Positions 29,222 to 38,510 of a DNA stretch of 64,000 nt are shown piece by piece. The first letter of the stretch is position 1. Each line of letters starts with the position of its first letter. Position numbers and translations under genes: made by a program. The notes beneath the pieces are model-generated. The model was not told the DNA's origin, did no database searches, and saw nothing but the letters and a program-made list of their open reading frames with translations. This DNA comes from Candidatus Dadabacteria bacterium. Its GTDB lineage: Bacteria > Desulfobacterota_D > UBA1144 > Nemesobacterales > Nemesobacteraceae. Location: positions 21,311-85,310 of the forward strand of contig VXNX01000003.1 in the NCBI GenBank assembly GCA_009840385.1, read 5' to 3'.

Positions 29222-29295
29222 TGGGGCGTCGTCTAACGGCAGGACACCGGGTTTTGGTCCCGGTAGTGGGGGTTCGAGTCCTCCCGCCCCAGCCA
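29222..29295 (+). tRNA. tRNA-Gln (anticodon UUG)
   Basis: Hand-folded cloverleaf: U1:A72 acceptor pair (typical of bacterial tRNA-Gln), anticodon stem CCGGG/CCCGG, loop UUUUGGU, T-loop TTCGAGT, and an encoded CCA. Confidence 0.8.
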
Positions 29296-29314
29296 AAAAG
29301 ACGGTTCAAGTACC

Positions 29315-31444
29315 GTGCCAAGAAATTCTCTTAAAGGACTTAATTCTTCCCAGATCGAGGCCGTAACCCACGGAGAAGGTCCGCTGCTTGTGCTTGCGGG
29401 CCCAGGTTCTGGGAAAACCAGGGTAATAGCCCACCGCATTGCCTACCTGATAAATGACCTATCTGTTTCTCTCGGAGAGATTCTGGCCGTGACTTTTACC
29501 AACAAGGCGGCTGCGGAAATGAAAAAAAGAGCAGAAGAACTGGCAGGTGAGTGGACAAGCGGCATTTGGATCGGCACCTTCCACTCGATTTGTCTTCGGA
29601 TTCTCAAGATGGAAGTGGATTTTCTTGAGGACTACACAAAGGATTTTGTTGTCTACGATCAGGACGATCAGCTGGGCCTGCTAAAAAGCTGCATGAAAGA
29701 GCTTGACTACGGAGAGAGCCTTTTTTCGCCCAAGGGTGTACTTTCCGAGTTTGACGCCGTTGAGAACAGAGGGGACGTATCTTTCAGGGACGATTTTTAC
29801 GGCCGCGCACTCAGGGAGCTTTATGATTTTTACAAAGATGAGTTAGTGAAGCGAAACGCCATGACGTTTAACGACCTGCTTCTTCAGGCAAACAGGCTTC
29901 TTTCTGAAAACGAGGGGGTTCGCGTTCGTTATCAGGACAGATTCTCTCATGTGCTTGTAGACGAATACCAGGATACAAATGTTTCCCAGTACCGCTTCGC
30001 CAAGATTCTCTCGCAGCGCCACAGGAATCTTTTCGTGGTGGGTGATGACAGCCAGTCGATTTACGGATGGAGAGGAGCCGACATAAACAATATTCTCAAT
30101 TTTGAAAGAGACTTTCCCGGGGCGAGAGTCGTTAAGCTTGAGCGCAATTACCGCTCGACCTCCACAATACTCGGCATCGCGAACTCGGTGATAAAGAAAA
30201 ATCTGGGGAGAAAGGGAAAAAACCTCTGGACCGAAAATCCTGCGGGAGAAAAAGTGGTGGTTTTCAAGGCCGGCGACAATTCAGACGAAGCACGCTTTGT
30301 TGCGGAGCGGGTTTCGCATCTGGTCGAGTCCGGGAATTTCACCTGGGGTGATGTGGCGGTTTTTTACAGGGCCAACTTTCAGTCAAGGGTTATTGAGGAG
30401 GGTCTCAGCGCACAGAGAATTGCCTACAGGATCGTGTCTGGGGTCGGCTTTTATCAAAGGGCTGAGATAAAAGATATAATCGCTTACCTGCGGCTGATTC
30501 AAAACCCGAGGGATAATGTCAGCTTTGAGCGAATAGTCAACGTTCCGCCGAGAAAAATAGGGGAAGTTACGCTTCGGAAATTGCGCGAGATCTCAGGAAT
30601 CGGCGGATTCGCTCTTATGGACGCGATTGAATACTGCCAGAAGCAGGAACTTCTGTCTGGACAGGCTCTGCGTGCACTCTCCCGATTTCTCGACATGATA
30701 AGGGAGTTTGGTTCGGTGGCGCAAGACCAGCCTGCGGCAAAAGTGATCAGTACTCTTCTGGAGCGTACCGGTTATCTGGATTACTTGGGAAAAGAGCATC
30801 ACAGGATGGAGAACGTAAAGGAGCTCTTGAACGCGGCCGAGGGCTTGGGGGAAATGACCCTTTCTGATTTTCTCGACCTAGTGTTGCTCGCTACGGATGA
30901 GGACAGGGGTGATTCTGGAGGGGAGAAGGTTTCTCTCATGACAATCCATGCGGCCAAAGGGCTTGAGTTTCCCGTGGTGTTCGTGGTCGGGGTAAACGAG
31001 GGCCTGCTTCCTCACCAGAGATCCATGGACAGCTTGGAAGGGCTTGAGGAGGAGAGAAGACTTTTTTATGTTGCGGTTACCCGCGCCAAGCGGTTGCTCC
31101 ATGTCAGCTATGCTTCTTCGAGAGCCACTTCGGGCGGCGTGTACGGAGCCCGAAGATCACTCTTTCTGGATGATCTCCCGCCGGAGTATGTAGTCTACGA
31201 ATCCCGCAGAAAAGATTTTTCCGGCAGCGAAAGCGATAGTTATTCCGATTTGCCTCCAGAAAAACCGTCGCGTGAGCCCGAAGATGCCGATTGTAGCTTA
31301 AGGCCCGGCCAGAAGGTTACCCACACGATTTTCGGCCCCGGGGTCGTTAAACGGATCGATGGAAAGGGAAATGAGGCCGTGGTCACGGTTGTTTTTTCCG
31401 TATCCGGCGTGAAAAAAATCCTCGCGAGCTATCTTACCGCCTAG
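29315..31444 (+). CDS. pcrA: ATP-dependent DNA helicase PcrA/UvrD (SF1)
   Basis: The product has a Walker A (LVLAGPGSGKTRV), motif II (VLVDEYQDTN), and a UvrD C-terminal domain. Confidence 0.9.
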   Translation: MPRNSLKGLNSSQIEAVTHGEGPLLVLAGPGSGKTRVIAHRIAYLINDLSVSLGEILAVTFTNKAAAEMKKRAEELAGEWTSGIWIGTFHSICLRILKMEVDFLEDYTKDFVVYDQDDQLGLLKSCMKELDYGESLFSPKGVLSEFDAVENRGDVSFRDDFYGRALRELYDFYKDELVKRNAMTFNDLLLQANRLLSENEGVRVRYQDRFSHVLVDEYQDTNVSQYRFAKILSQRHRNLFVVGDDSQSIYGWRGADINNILNFERDFPGARVVKLERNYRSTSTILGIANSVIKKNLGRKGKNLWTENPAGEKVVVFKAGDNSDEARFVAERVSHLVESGNFTWGDVAVFYRANFQSRVIEEGLSAQRIAYRIVSGVGFYQRAEIKDIIAYLRLIQNPRDNVSFERIVNVPPRKIGEVTLRKLREISGIGGFALMDAIEYCQKQELLSGQALRALSRFLDMIREFGSVAQDQPAAKVISTLLERTGYLDYLGKEHHRMENVKELLNAAEGLGEMTLSDFLDLVLLATDEDRGDSGGEKVSLMTIHAAKGLEFPVVFVVGVNEGLLPHQRSMDSLEGLEEERRLFYVAVTRAKRLLHVSYASSRATSGGVYGARRSLFLDDLPPEYVVYESRRKDFSGSESDSYSDLPPEKPSREPEDADCSLRPGQKVTHTIFGPGVVKRIDGKGNEAVVTVVFSVSGVKKILASYLTA

Positions 31445-32916
31445 GAGAGGCAACTTACTACGAGGTCCTTTGCCCACTCTGGGGAGGGGGCCGCATAGCT
31501 TTCGTGCTCCGGCTGATCCGAGAAGGGGTTCTCAAAGATCTTCCTTACTTTTTCTATCTCCGAGTAGTTTTCTTGCTCCAGAGCCTCCTTTATGGCGGTT
31601 TCCATTAGATAGTTTCTCAAGACGTACTTGGGATTAACTGAATCCATGAGCTCTTTTCTCTCGTGGTCGGGAAGCGAATTTTCCCGAAGCTCTCCGGCGT
31701 ACTCAGAGAACCACTGCCGCCACTTCTCGGATGTTTCGGAGAGTTCTTTTAGCCATGGATTTTCCCCGAAAGAGCCGTCACACCCTACGTCCGAGATATT
31801 TCTAAGAAAGATATGGTAGTCCGTATCGGATTCAGCGAGCATGCCTAGAGTTTTTTCGATGAATCGCAGAGATTCCTTTTTTTCTTCTTCAAAACCGAAC
31901 TTGCGCAGCATGAGATCCCTGTAGGTTGCAGAAAACGTCTTGTTGTAGGCCTCAATCGCGTTCTGGGCCTGCTTTTCATCCACCAGAGCGTCAAGACATT
32001 TTACGAATTTCTCGAGGTTCCACCGCGCGATCGCGGGCTGGTTTGCGTAGCTGTACCTGCCGAAATGGTCCGAGTGGTTCGGTACATAGTCCCTGTCAAA
32101 CATCTCCAAAAATCCATACGGTCCGTAATCGAGAGTGAGGCCCGTTATAGACATGTTGTCGGTGTTCATTACTCCGTGTGTGAAGCCGAAAGCCTGCCAC
32201 TTTGCGATCGTGGACGCTGTTCTCTCGGCAACGGCACGAAGAAAAAGCCCGTAGCCTTCTTTTGTCCGGCGAGGGATTTCGGGGTAGTGGCGGGCGATTA
32301 CGTAATCCGCGAGTATCCGGATGTTTTCCTCCTGTCCCAAGTGATAAAAGCCTTCGAACGAACCGAAGCGCACGTGAGTCTCCGCCACCCGGAGCATCAT
32401 CGCTGCGGGCTCTTTGGTTTCCCTCTCGATTTTCTCCGTGCTCCCCACTATGCAAAGCGCCCTTGTGGAGGGAATTCCCAGATGATGGAGAGCCTCGCTT
32501 CCCAGGTATTCCCTTATGGAGGACTTGAGCGTGGCTCTTCCGTCAAAGCCTCTTGAGAATCTGGTCGCGCCGCATCCCTTGAGGTGAAGATCCCATCTGC
32601 GGCCGCGCTCGTCGATTATCTGCCCGAGCAGAAGAGCTCTTCCGTCTCCAAGGTGCGGGTTGTAGACGCCGAACTGCCATCCAGCATAATACATTGCCAG
32701 AGGGTCTGCGCCCGCAAGAGACCTTTTCCCGCAGAGGTACTCGGCCGCAAGGGGGTTTTGCCCTTCGCTGGGATCTACGCCCAACTCCGTTGCTAGGTTC
32801 CCGTTAAACGCCACCATGTGGGGTTTTTGGAAGGGAAGCGGGTCTTTTTTTTGGTAGAACTCGGGTGGTAGTTCCGCGTAGGCGTTTTCAAAGCGAAGAT
32901 CTGTTATTTTCCTCAT
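31441..32916 (-). CDS. selO: protein adenylyltransferase SelO (YdiU/UPF0061)
   Basis: The 491-aa product has SelO pseudokinase-fold signatures (WQFGVYNPHLGDGRALLLGQ, GVMNTDNMSITGLTLDYGPYGF). Confidence 0.88.
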   Translation of the reverse strand: MRKITDLRFENAYAELPPEFYQKKDPLPFQKPHMVAFNGNLATELGVDPSEGQNPLAAEYLCGKRSLAGADPLAMYYAGWQFGVYNPHLGDGRALLLGQIIDERGRRWDLHLKGCGATRFSRGFDGRATLKSSIREYLGSEALHHLGIPSTRALCIVGSTEKIERETKEPAAMMLRVAETHVRFGSFEGFYHLGQEENIRILADYVIARHYPEIPRRTKEGYGLFLRAVAERTASTIAKWQAFGFTHGVMNTDNMSITGLTLDYGPYGFLEMFDRDYVPNHSDHFGRYSYANQPAIARWNLEKFVKCLDALVDEKQAQNAIEAYNKTFSATYRDLMLRKFGFEEEKKESLRFIEKTLGMLAESDTDYHIFLRNISDVGCDGSFGENPWLKELSETSEKWRQWFSEYAGELRENSLPDHERKELMDSVNPKYVLRNYLMETAIKEALEQENYSEIEKVRKIFENPFSDQPEHESYAAPSPEWAKDLVVSCLS

Positions 32917-33047
32917 CTTGGGGCATCCCCTGCCGCTTGGTTACTGGATTATATTAGCAGAATACAGGGAGCCGGGAAAAGTTCCGGTCGTTGTGGATGG
33001 GATATCCACTAGTCCTATAAGGAAGTATAATATTCTCTGGAGAGAGC

Positions 33048-33332
33048 ATGAAGTACAGAAAAAACAAGATAAAAACCGAACATTCGATAATAAAAGGACT
33101 ACGGCGTTTTCTCGAGGACAACATCTCGGACCTTGACTACGTGACGGGAATCATTCCCGGGGAGATAAAGGTCGGCCGTGCCACCGGGGAGAGACTCGCG
33201 GTGAGCTACAAGTACAGCACCCGAAGCGGTGCCAAGCTCATAGCGAGAAGCGGCACCTCGGTGCAGGAGGTGTTCATCATCACGAACAACCCCGAGGAGC
33301 TGAAAACGGTTATAGAGCTTTCAGGCAAATGA
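33048..33332 (+). CDS. hypothetical small protein
   Basis: A 94-aa ORF in an AT-rich intergenic region with a TATAAT-like box upstream. I recognise no domain, and it is convergent with dnaE. Confidence 0.35.
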   Translation: MKYRKNKIKTEHSIIKGLRRFLEDNISDLDYVTGIIPGEIKVGRATGERLAVSYKYSTRSGAKLIARSGTSVQEVFIITNNPEELKTVIELSGK

Positions 33333-36300
33333 GCTTTCCCTGAGAGTCACTGCGCCTTCCCCGAGTAGCCCCTCCACGTTTTCTATAAGCTCATCCCCGA
33401 AGTCAACCTTGCAGTTTCCGACTCTCAAGACGGCCTCTGAGTGGTCGGTTTTCATATCTATTATCACGGTTGAGCCTCCCGGGAATTTCTCGAGTATCTC
33501 TCTCAGGCTGAGAATGCTCTGTTCGCTAGCGGATTCAGAAGAGATGCTTATGCAGACCGCGGAGTTAGTTCTGGCTTCCTTGAGCGAGGAAATATCGCTT
33601 GCCAGAAGGCGTATCTTCTCATCCGAGACTTCAACCCTTCCCTTGACTATTATCGGCTCGACCTTCTGCTCCAGGAGCACCCGCGACTTCTGAAGGGTGT
33701 CGTTAAAAACGATTGCTTCGGTTAGGCCGTTTAGATCTTCAAGGGTCAGGTAACCGATAAGGCTGGTTCCCTTTTTGGTGTTTTTGATCTCGATTGATCT
33801 CACCACACCGGCTATTCTCACTTCCGAGCCGTCTTTTGCCTGCTTTATGGATTCTGCATCGTGAAGGAGACTGTATTTTTCAAGCTCGGAAGAATACTTT
33901 TGGAGAGGGTGGGAGGATATGAAAAACCCGAGCACATCAAGTTCGTTCTCGATCCTGATGCGGTTGTCCCATGGTTCTCTTTCCGCAAGCGTCGGGGCTG
34001 CCACGGAATTTGGAAGGTCAAACAGCATTCCCTGTCCGTTTGCCGAGGTGTGTTGCTTTATGGAGTTGTAGCCCAGCAGGGACTCGCAGGAAGCAAACAG
34101 CCGTGCCCTGTTGGATTCGAGGGAATCGAACGCTCCTCCTCTTATCAGGCTTTCAAATGCCTTTCTGTTAAGTTTTCTCGAATCCACTCTGGCGCAGAAG
34201 TCAAAGACGGATTCGAATTCCCCGTCTTTTTCCCTGCTGCTGACTATTTCCTCTGTCAGGCTGTCGCCGACGTATTTGATCGCTGTGAACCCGAACCGTA
34301 TTTTTCCTTCCGAAACCGTAAATCCCGAGGAGCTTCGGTTTATGTCGGGCTGCAGCACGTCGATTCCGAGTTTTCTGCATTCTGTTATGCCGGAGATCAC
34401 CTTGTCCATGTTATTAGCCTCTACGGACATGAAAGCGGCCATGAATTCGGCCGGGTAGTGTGCCTTTAGATAGGCTGTCTGGTAGGTGATCATGGCGTAG
34501 GCGGCGCTGTGGCTCTTATTGAAGGAGTACTCGGCGAATTTTTCCAAGGTGTCGAAAAGCTCGGCGGCTTTTTTAGGCTCGATGCCTTTTTTCTCTGCTC
34601 CCGTGAGAAACCTTTTGCGCTGGGCTCTCATTTCGCTTGATTTCTTTTTGCCCATGGCCCTTCGAAGAAGATCCGCTTCTCCCATGGTAAAGCCCGCGAG
34701 CTCGCTTGCCGTCTGCATTATCTGTTCCTGGTAAACGAAAAGGCCATAGGTCTCTCCCAGTATTTCCTGGAGCGCCGGGTGAGGGAAATCCACCTTTTCC
34801 CCGCCTTTTCTCCGGGTGAATTCTTCCGCCATGCCGCTGTCAAGAGGACCGGGACGGTAAAGCGCCAGAGCGGCCGTTATGTCCTCGAACTCCGTGGGCC
34901 GAAGTCTGGCGAGAAGGTCTTTCATTCCCGATGATTCAACCTGAAATATTCCCATGGTCGCGCCTTCGCGCAGCAGAGCGTAGACCTTCGGGTCGTCAAG
35001 GGGAACCTTGTCCAGATCAAATTCTTTTTCATTCTCCCGGACGTACTTTACCGCCTTGTCGATTATGGTAAGGGTCTTTAGTCCGAGGAAATCGAATTTC
35101 ACGTACCCCAGCTTCTCTATAGAACTCATGTCGAACTGGGTCACGATCTCGTTTTTGCTCCCCTTGTAAAGGGGGATGTAATCGGCAAGCGGTTCGTTCG
35201 ATATCACGACTCCCGCGGCGTGGGTAGAGGAATGGCGCACCATGTTCTCAAGCGATCTCGCCAGCTCCACCACTTCGGCAAGCTGCTTGTTCTCGGAGAG
35301 GCGCTCTTTTATTTCCTTTACCCTGTTTACGGCCTCCTCTATGCTGAACACCTTTCCCCGGAAAGAGGGAACCAGTTTCGAGAGCCGGTCGACTTCGGAG
35401 TACGCAAGTCCCATGACTCTCCCCACGTCTTTTATCACGGCTTTTGAGGACATGGTTCCGAAGGTGCCAATCTGGGCCACCTTGTCCGCCCCGTATTTCT
35501 CCGTCACGTATCTTATGAGTTCATCCCGATGCTCCCCGCAGAAATCAACGTCTATATCCGGCATGCTTACCCTCTCGGGATTAAGAAACCTCTCAAAAAT
35601 AAGGTTATGCCTTATGGGATCCATAGCCGTTATGCCTAGGGCGTAGGCGACTAGGCTCCCTGCTGCGCTTCCCCGACCGGGGCCGACCGGGATATCGTTT
35701 TTCTTCGCGTGGAATATGAAGTCTGAAACCACGAGGAAATACGCTGAGAATCCCATCTTGCAGATGGTGTCAAGCTCCGAGCGGAGACGCTCCCGGTAGG
35801 CCTCGTGGTCCTCTTCCGGTATTTCGTTTTCCCGGAGTATTCTCTCGAGATTTTTGCCTGAGATCTCCCGTATGAATTCGTCAAGAGACTTTCCCTCCGG
35901 AGGGACGTATTCGGGGAATCTGTACCCGTCGCTTTTGAATTCGAAGTCGCAGCGCTCAGAAATTCTCACCGCCTCTTCAAGCGCGTCCTCAAAGCCCTCC
36001 ATGTCACGGGCCATTTCCTCCCTTGTCTTAACGTAGAAGTCATCGCTTTGGAACCTCATTCTTTTCTGGTCCGCCACCATGCTCCCTGTCTGGATGCACA
36101 GAAGTGCGTCGTGCGACTTGTAGTCCTCCCTGGTGAGAAAATGGCAGTCGTTGGTAGCGGCGAGCTTTATGCCGAGGCGCTCGCCGATTCTTCGAAGACC
36201 CCGGTTGATCCTGCGCTGCTCCTCAAGAGCGATTGCCTGGACTTCAAGATAGTAGCGGTCTCCGAATATCTCCTTGTAGATCGAAGCGATTTTTGTCTGT

Positions 36301-36758
36301 TCCTTTAAGTCCTTTTTGAAAATTGCCTGGGAAAGTTCACTGCTCATGCACCCGGAGAGGACTATGAGTCCCTCGTTGTGCTCAGCCAGCATCTCGTGGT
36401 CAACGCGCGGGCGGCGGTAAAAACCTTCGAAGTATCCCTTAGTTACGAGCCTTGAGAGGTTCCTGTATCCCTGCTCGTTCATGCAGAGCACGGTCAGGTG
36501 GTAGTTTTTTCCGTCAGAAGGCTTCTCAAGCTTGAGAGTGGGGGTTACGTAGAGCTCGCATCCTATTATGGGCTTTACGCCCCCGGCTTTTGCTTTTTCG
36601 AAAAACTCGTAGGCGCCGAAGAGATTTCCGTGATCGGTGACTGCGACGGCGGGCATGGAGTGGCTCTCGGCTCTTTCGATCAGCTCGTCGAACTTTATCG
36701 AACCGTCAAGAAGCGAGTACTGCGAATGTAAATGTAGGTGAACGAAGGAGTCTGCCAT
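33321..36758 (-). CDS. dnaE: DNA polymerase III subunit alpha
   Basis: The 1145-aa product has a PHP domain (HLHLHSQYSLLDG), polymerase core motifs (GPGRGSAAGS), and an OB-fold tail. Confidence 0.95.
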   Translation of the reverse strand: MADSFVHLHLHSQYSLLDGSIKFDELIERAESHSMPAVAVTDHGNLFGAYEFFEKAKAGGVKPIIGCELYVTPTLKLEKPSDGKNYHLTVLCMNEQGYRNLSRLVTKGYFEGFYRRPRVDHEMLAEHNEGLIVLSGCMSSELSQAIFKKDLKEQTKIASIYKEIFGDRYYLEVQAIALEEQRRINRGLRRIGERLGIKLAATNDCHFLTREDYKSHDALLCIQTGSMVADQKRMRFQSDDFYVKTREEMARDMEGFEDALEEAVRISERCDFEFKSDGYRFPEYVPPEGKSLDEFIREISGKNLERILRENEIPEEDHEAYRERLRSELDTICKMGFSAYFLVVSDFIFHAKKNDIPVGPGRGSAAGSLVAYALGITAMDPIRHNLIFERFLNPERVSMPDIDVDFCGEHRDELIRYVTEKYGADKVAQIGTFGTMSSKAVIKDVGRVMGLAYSEVDRLSKLVPSFRGKVFSIEEAVNRVKEIKERLSENKQLAEVVELARSLENMVRHSSTHAAGVVISNEPLADYIPLYKGSKNEIVTQFDMSSIEKLGYVKFDFLGLKTLTIIDKAVKYVRENEKEFDLDKVPLDDPKVYALLREGATMGIFQVESSGMKDLLARLRPTEFEDITAALALYRPGPLDSGMAEEFTRRKGGEKVDFPHPALQEILGETYGLFVYQEQIMQTASELAGFTMGEADLLRRAMGKKKSSEMRAQRKRFLTGAEKKGIEPKKAAELFDTLEKFAEYSFNKSHSAAYAMITYQTAYLKAHYPAEFMAAFMSVEANNMDKVISGITECRKLGIDVLQPDINRSSSGFTVSEGKIRFGFTAIKYVGDSLTEEIVSSREKDGEFESVFDFCARVDSRKLNRKAFESLIRGGAFDSLESNRARLFASCESLLGYNSIKQHTSANGQGMLFDLPNSVAAPTLAEREPWDNRIRIENELDVLGFFISSHPLQKYSSELEKYSLLHDAESIKQAKDGSEVRIAGVVRSIEIKNTKKGTSLIGYLTLEDLNGLTEAIVFNDTLQKSRVLLEQKVEPIIVKGRVEVSDEKIRLLASDISSLKEARTNSAVCISISSESASEQSILSLREILEKFPGGSTVIIDMKTDHSEAVLRVGNCKVDFGDELIENVEGLLGEGAVTLRESSFA

Positions 36759-36886
36759 CGCGGGTTACTGAATTATACATTTTTCCTCGGTTTCATCCAG
36801 TAGTGGGAGAAAATGACAACCGGGTTTTAATCAAGTAAATTAAAGAGTCCGGTTACGGACAAAACGGGTGGTTAAATCTTTACGTC

Positions 36887-38422
36887 ATGCACGAGGAAAC
36901 GGAGCTCAAGCTCTCCCTTTCGCCTTCCGTGGCGAGTCGGATTCTACGCTACAAGGGACTCAGGCCCCACCGCAAGGGCCGCCGCGTAAAGCGCCATCTA
37001 GTGAGCACCTATTTCGATACTCCCCGCCATGCGCTTAGAAAATCCGACATAGTGCTTCGGGTGCGCGATAACGGCAAGGGCAGGGAGCAGACCGTGAAAG
37101 CGCCGTTCCAGGGCCCCGCGGGCCTCCAGAATTTCCGCGAATGGACCGTGCCGGTAAACGGTGACTGTCCTAATCTCTGTGCGGTGGACGACCCTGCGCT
37201 CTCGCGCAAGCTTTCCCGCCGGCGTTACGAAAAGCGCCTGCGTCCAGTGTTCACAACGGACTTTGAGCGCGAAGCGGTTTATATCAGGACCAATGGTACC
37301 GAATTCGAGCTTGCGGTTGATCAGGGGGTGATTTGCGCCGAGACGCGCGGGGGACGCGTAGAGGAACGTATCTGCGAAGCGGAATTCGAACTGCTCTCAG
37401 GCGACCCGGCTCACATGTTCGATATAGCACTTGAGCTCTGCGAAACTTACGACATACGGCTCGGTCATCTTACCAAGGCGCAGAGGGGTTATGCACTTGC
37501 GAGGCCGGCCCTTCGGCCAAGACCCCTTAAGGCCCCGAAGGTTGCGCTCACAGAGGAGATGAGCGTGGGAGAGGCGTTTAATTTCATCATCTCGGGCGCC
37601 CTTGAACACATGTTCGCAAACGAGATTCCGACCCTCGAGGGTAAAGCAGAAGGGGTGCACCAGACGAGGGTGGCGATGAGGCGTGTGCGCGCGGCGCTTC
37701 GCGCTTTCAAGAGAATACTTCCCTACGACAAGAGAAAGGCGTTTAACGGAGAGTTCCGATGGTTTCAGCAACGACTGGCTCCGGCCCGCGACTGGCAGGT
37801 CTTTTTGAGCGAAACGCTTCCAAAGATAGCCGCTGTCGCTCCCGAGCAGGAAGAGGTGATAAAGCGTCTTCGGCGCATCGCGCGCGCCGAGCGCCGCCGC
37901 GCCGTGGGAGACGCTGCCGCTTACCTTGAGAGCCGCCGCTACGCCCGGCTGCTTCTTCAGTTCGAGCGATGGATTGCGTCTTTAGAGAAAGAAATCGGTT
38001 CCAAGGCTTTCGATCAGCCGGTAAAGCCGTTTGCAAAAAGCGTGCTCAGGAGAACGTGGCGCTATTTTCTCGAGGATACGAGGCCTCTTTCGCGCCTTCC
38101 TGACGAGGATCTTCACGAAATAAGAAAGCGGGGGAAAAAGGCCCGCTACGCAACGCAGTTTTTTAACTCGCTCTGGAGCGGTCCCGAGGTTCCGCCCTTC
38201 ATGAAACTCATGGGACGCTTCCAGGACAGCCTTGGAAAGACAAACGACGCGATAGTCGCGCGGCATATCCTCGCGGCGGTCAAGCCCGGGAGGCTTGATC
38301 CCTCGGTAATCCGCCTCGCGCAGGAATGGTCCCAGGCCCGGGTCAGAAAGTGCCTTCGCACGGCGCAGCCGCAGTGGAGGCGCCTCGGGAGGATTACCCC
38401 GTTTTGGGAGACGGCGCGGTGA
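36887..38422 (+). CDS. CYTH and CHAD domain protein (inorganic triphosphatase-like)
   Basis: The product has a CYTH ExExK start (ETELKLSL), a long basic helical CHAD region with conserved His, and the typical polyP-gene neighbourhood. Confidence 0.75.
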   Translation: MHEETELKLSLSPSVASRILRYKGLRPHRKGRRVKRHLVSTYFDTPRHALRKSDIVLRVRDNGKGREQTVKAPFQGPAGLQNFREWTVPVNGDCPNLCAVDDPALSRKLSRRRYEKRLRPVFTTDFEREAVYIRTNGTEFELAVDQGVICAETRGGRVEERICEAEFELLSGDPAHMFDIALELCETYDIRLGHLTKAQRGYALARPALRPRPLKAPKVALTEEMSVGEAFNFIISGALEHMFANEIPTLEGKAEGVHQTRVAMRRVRAALRAFKRILPYDKRKAFNGEFRWFQQRLAPARDWQVFLSETLPKIAAVAPEQEEVIKRLRRIARAERRRAVGDAAAYLESRRYARLLLQFERWIASLEKEIGSKAFDQPVKPFAKSVLRRTWRYFLEDTRPLSRLPDEDLHEIRKRGKKARYATQFFNSLWSGPEVPPFMKLMGRFQDSLGKTNDAIVARHILAAVKPGRLDPSVIRLAQEWSQARVRKCLRTAQPQWRRLGRITPFWETAR

Positions 38423-38510
38423 GTCCGACTTTTCACGCGCCGGGTAATTATGTAAACTCACGGATTGTGGGTGTTAAGACGCAGAATGTTATCGCCTAGG
38501 GAGACTGCAG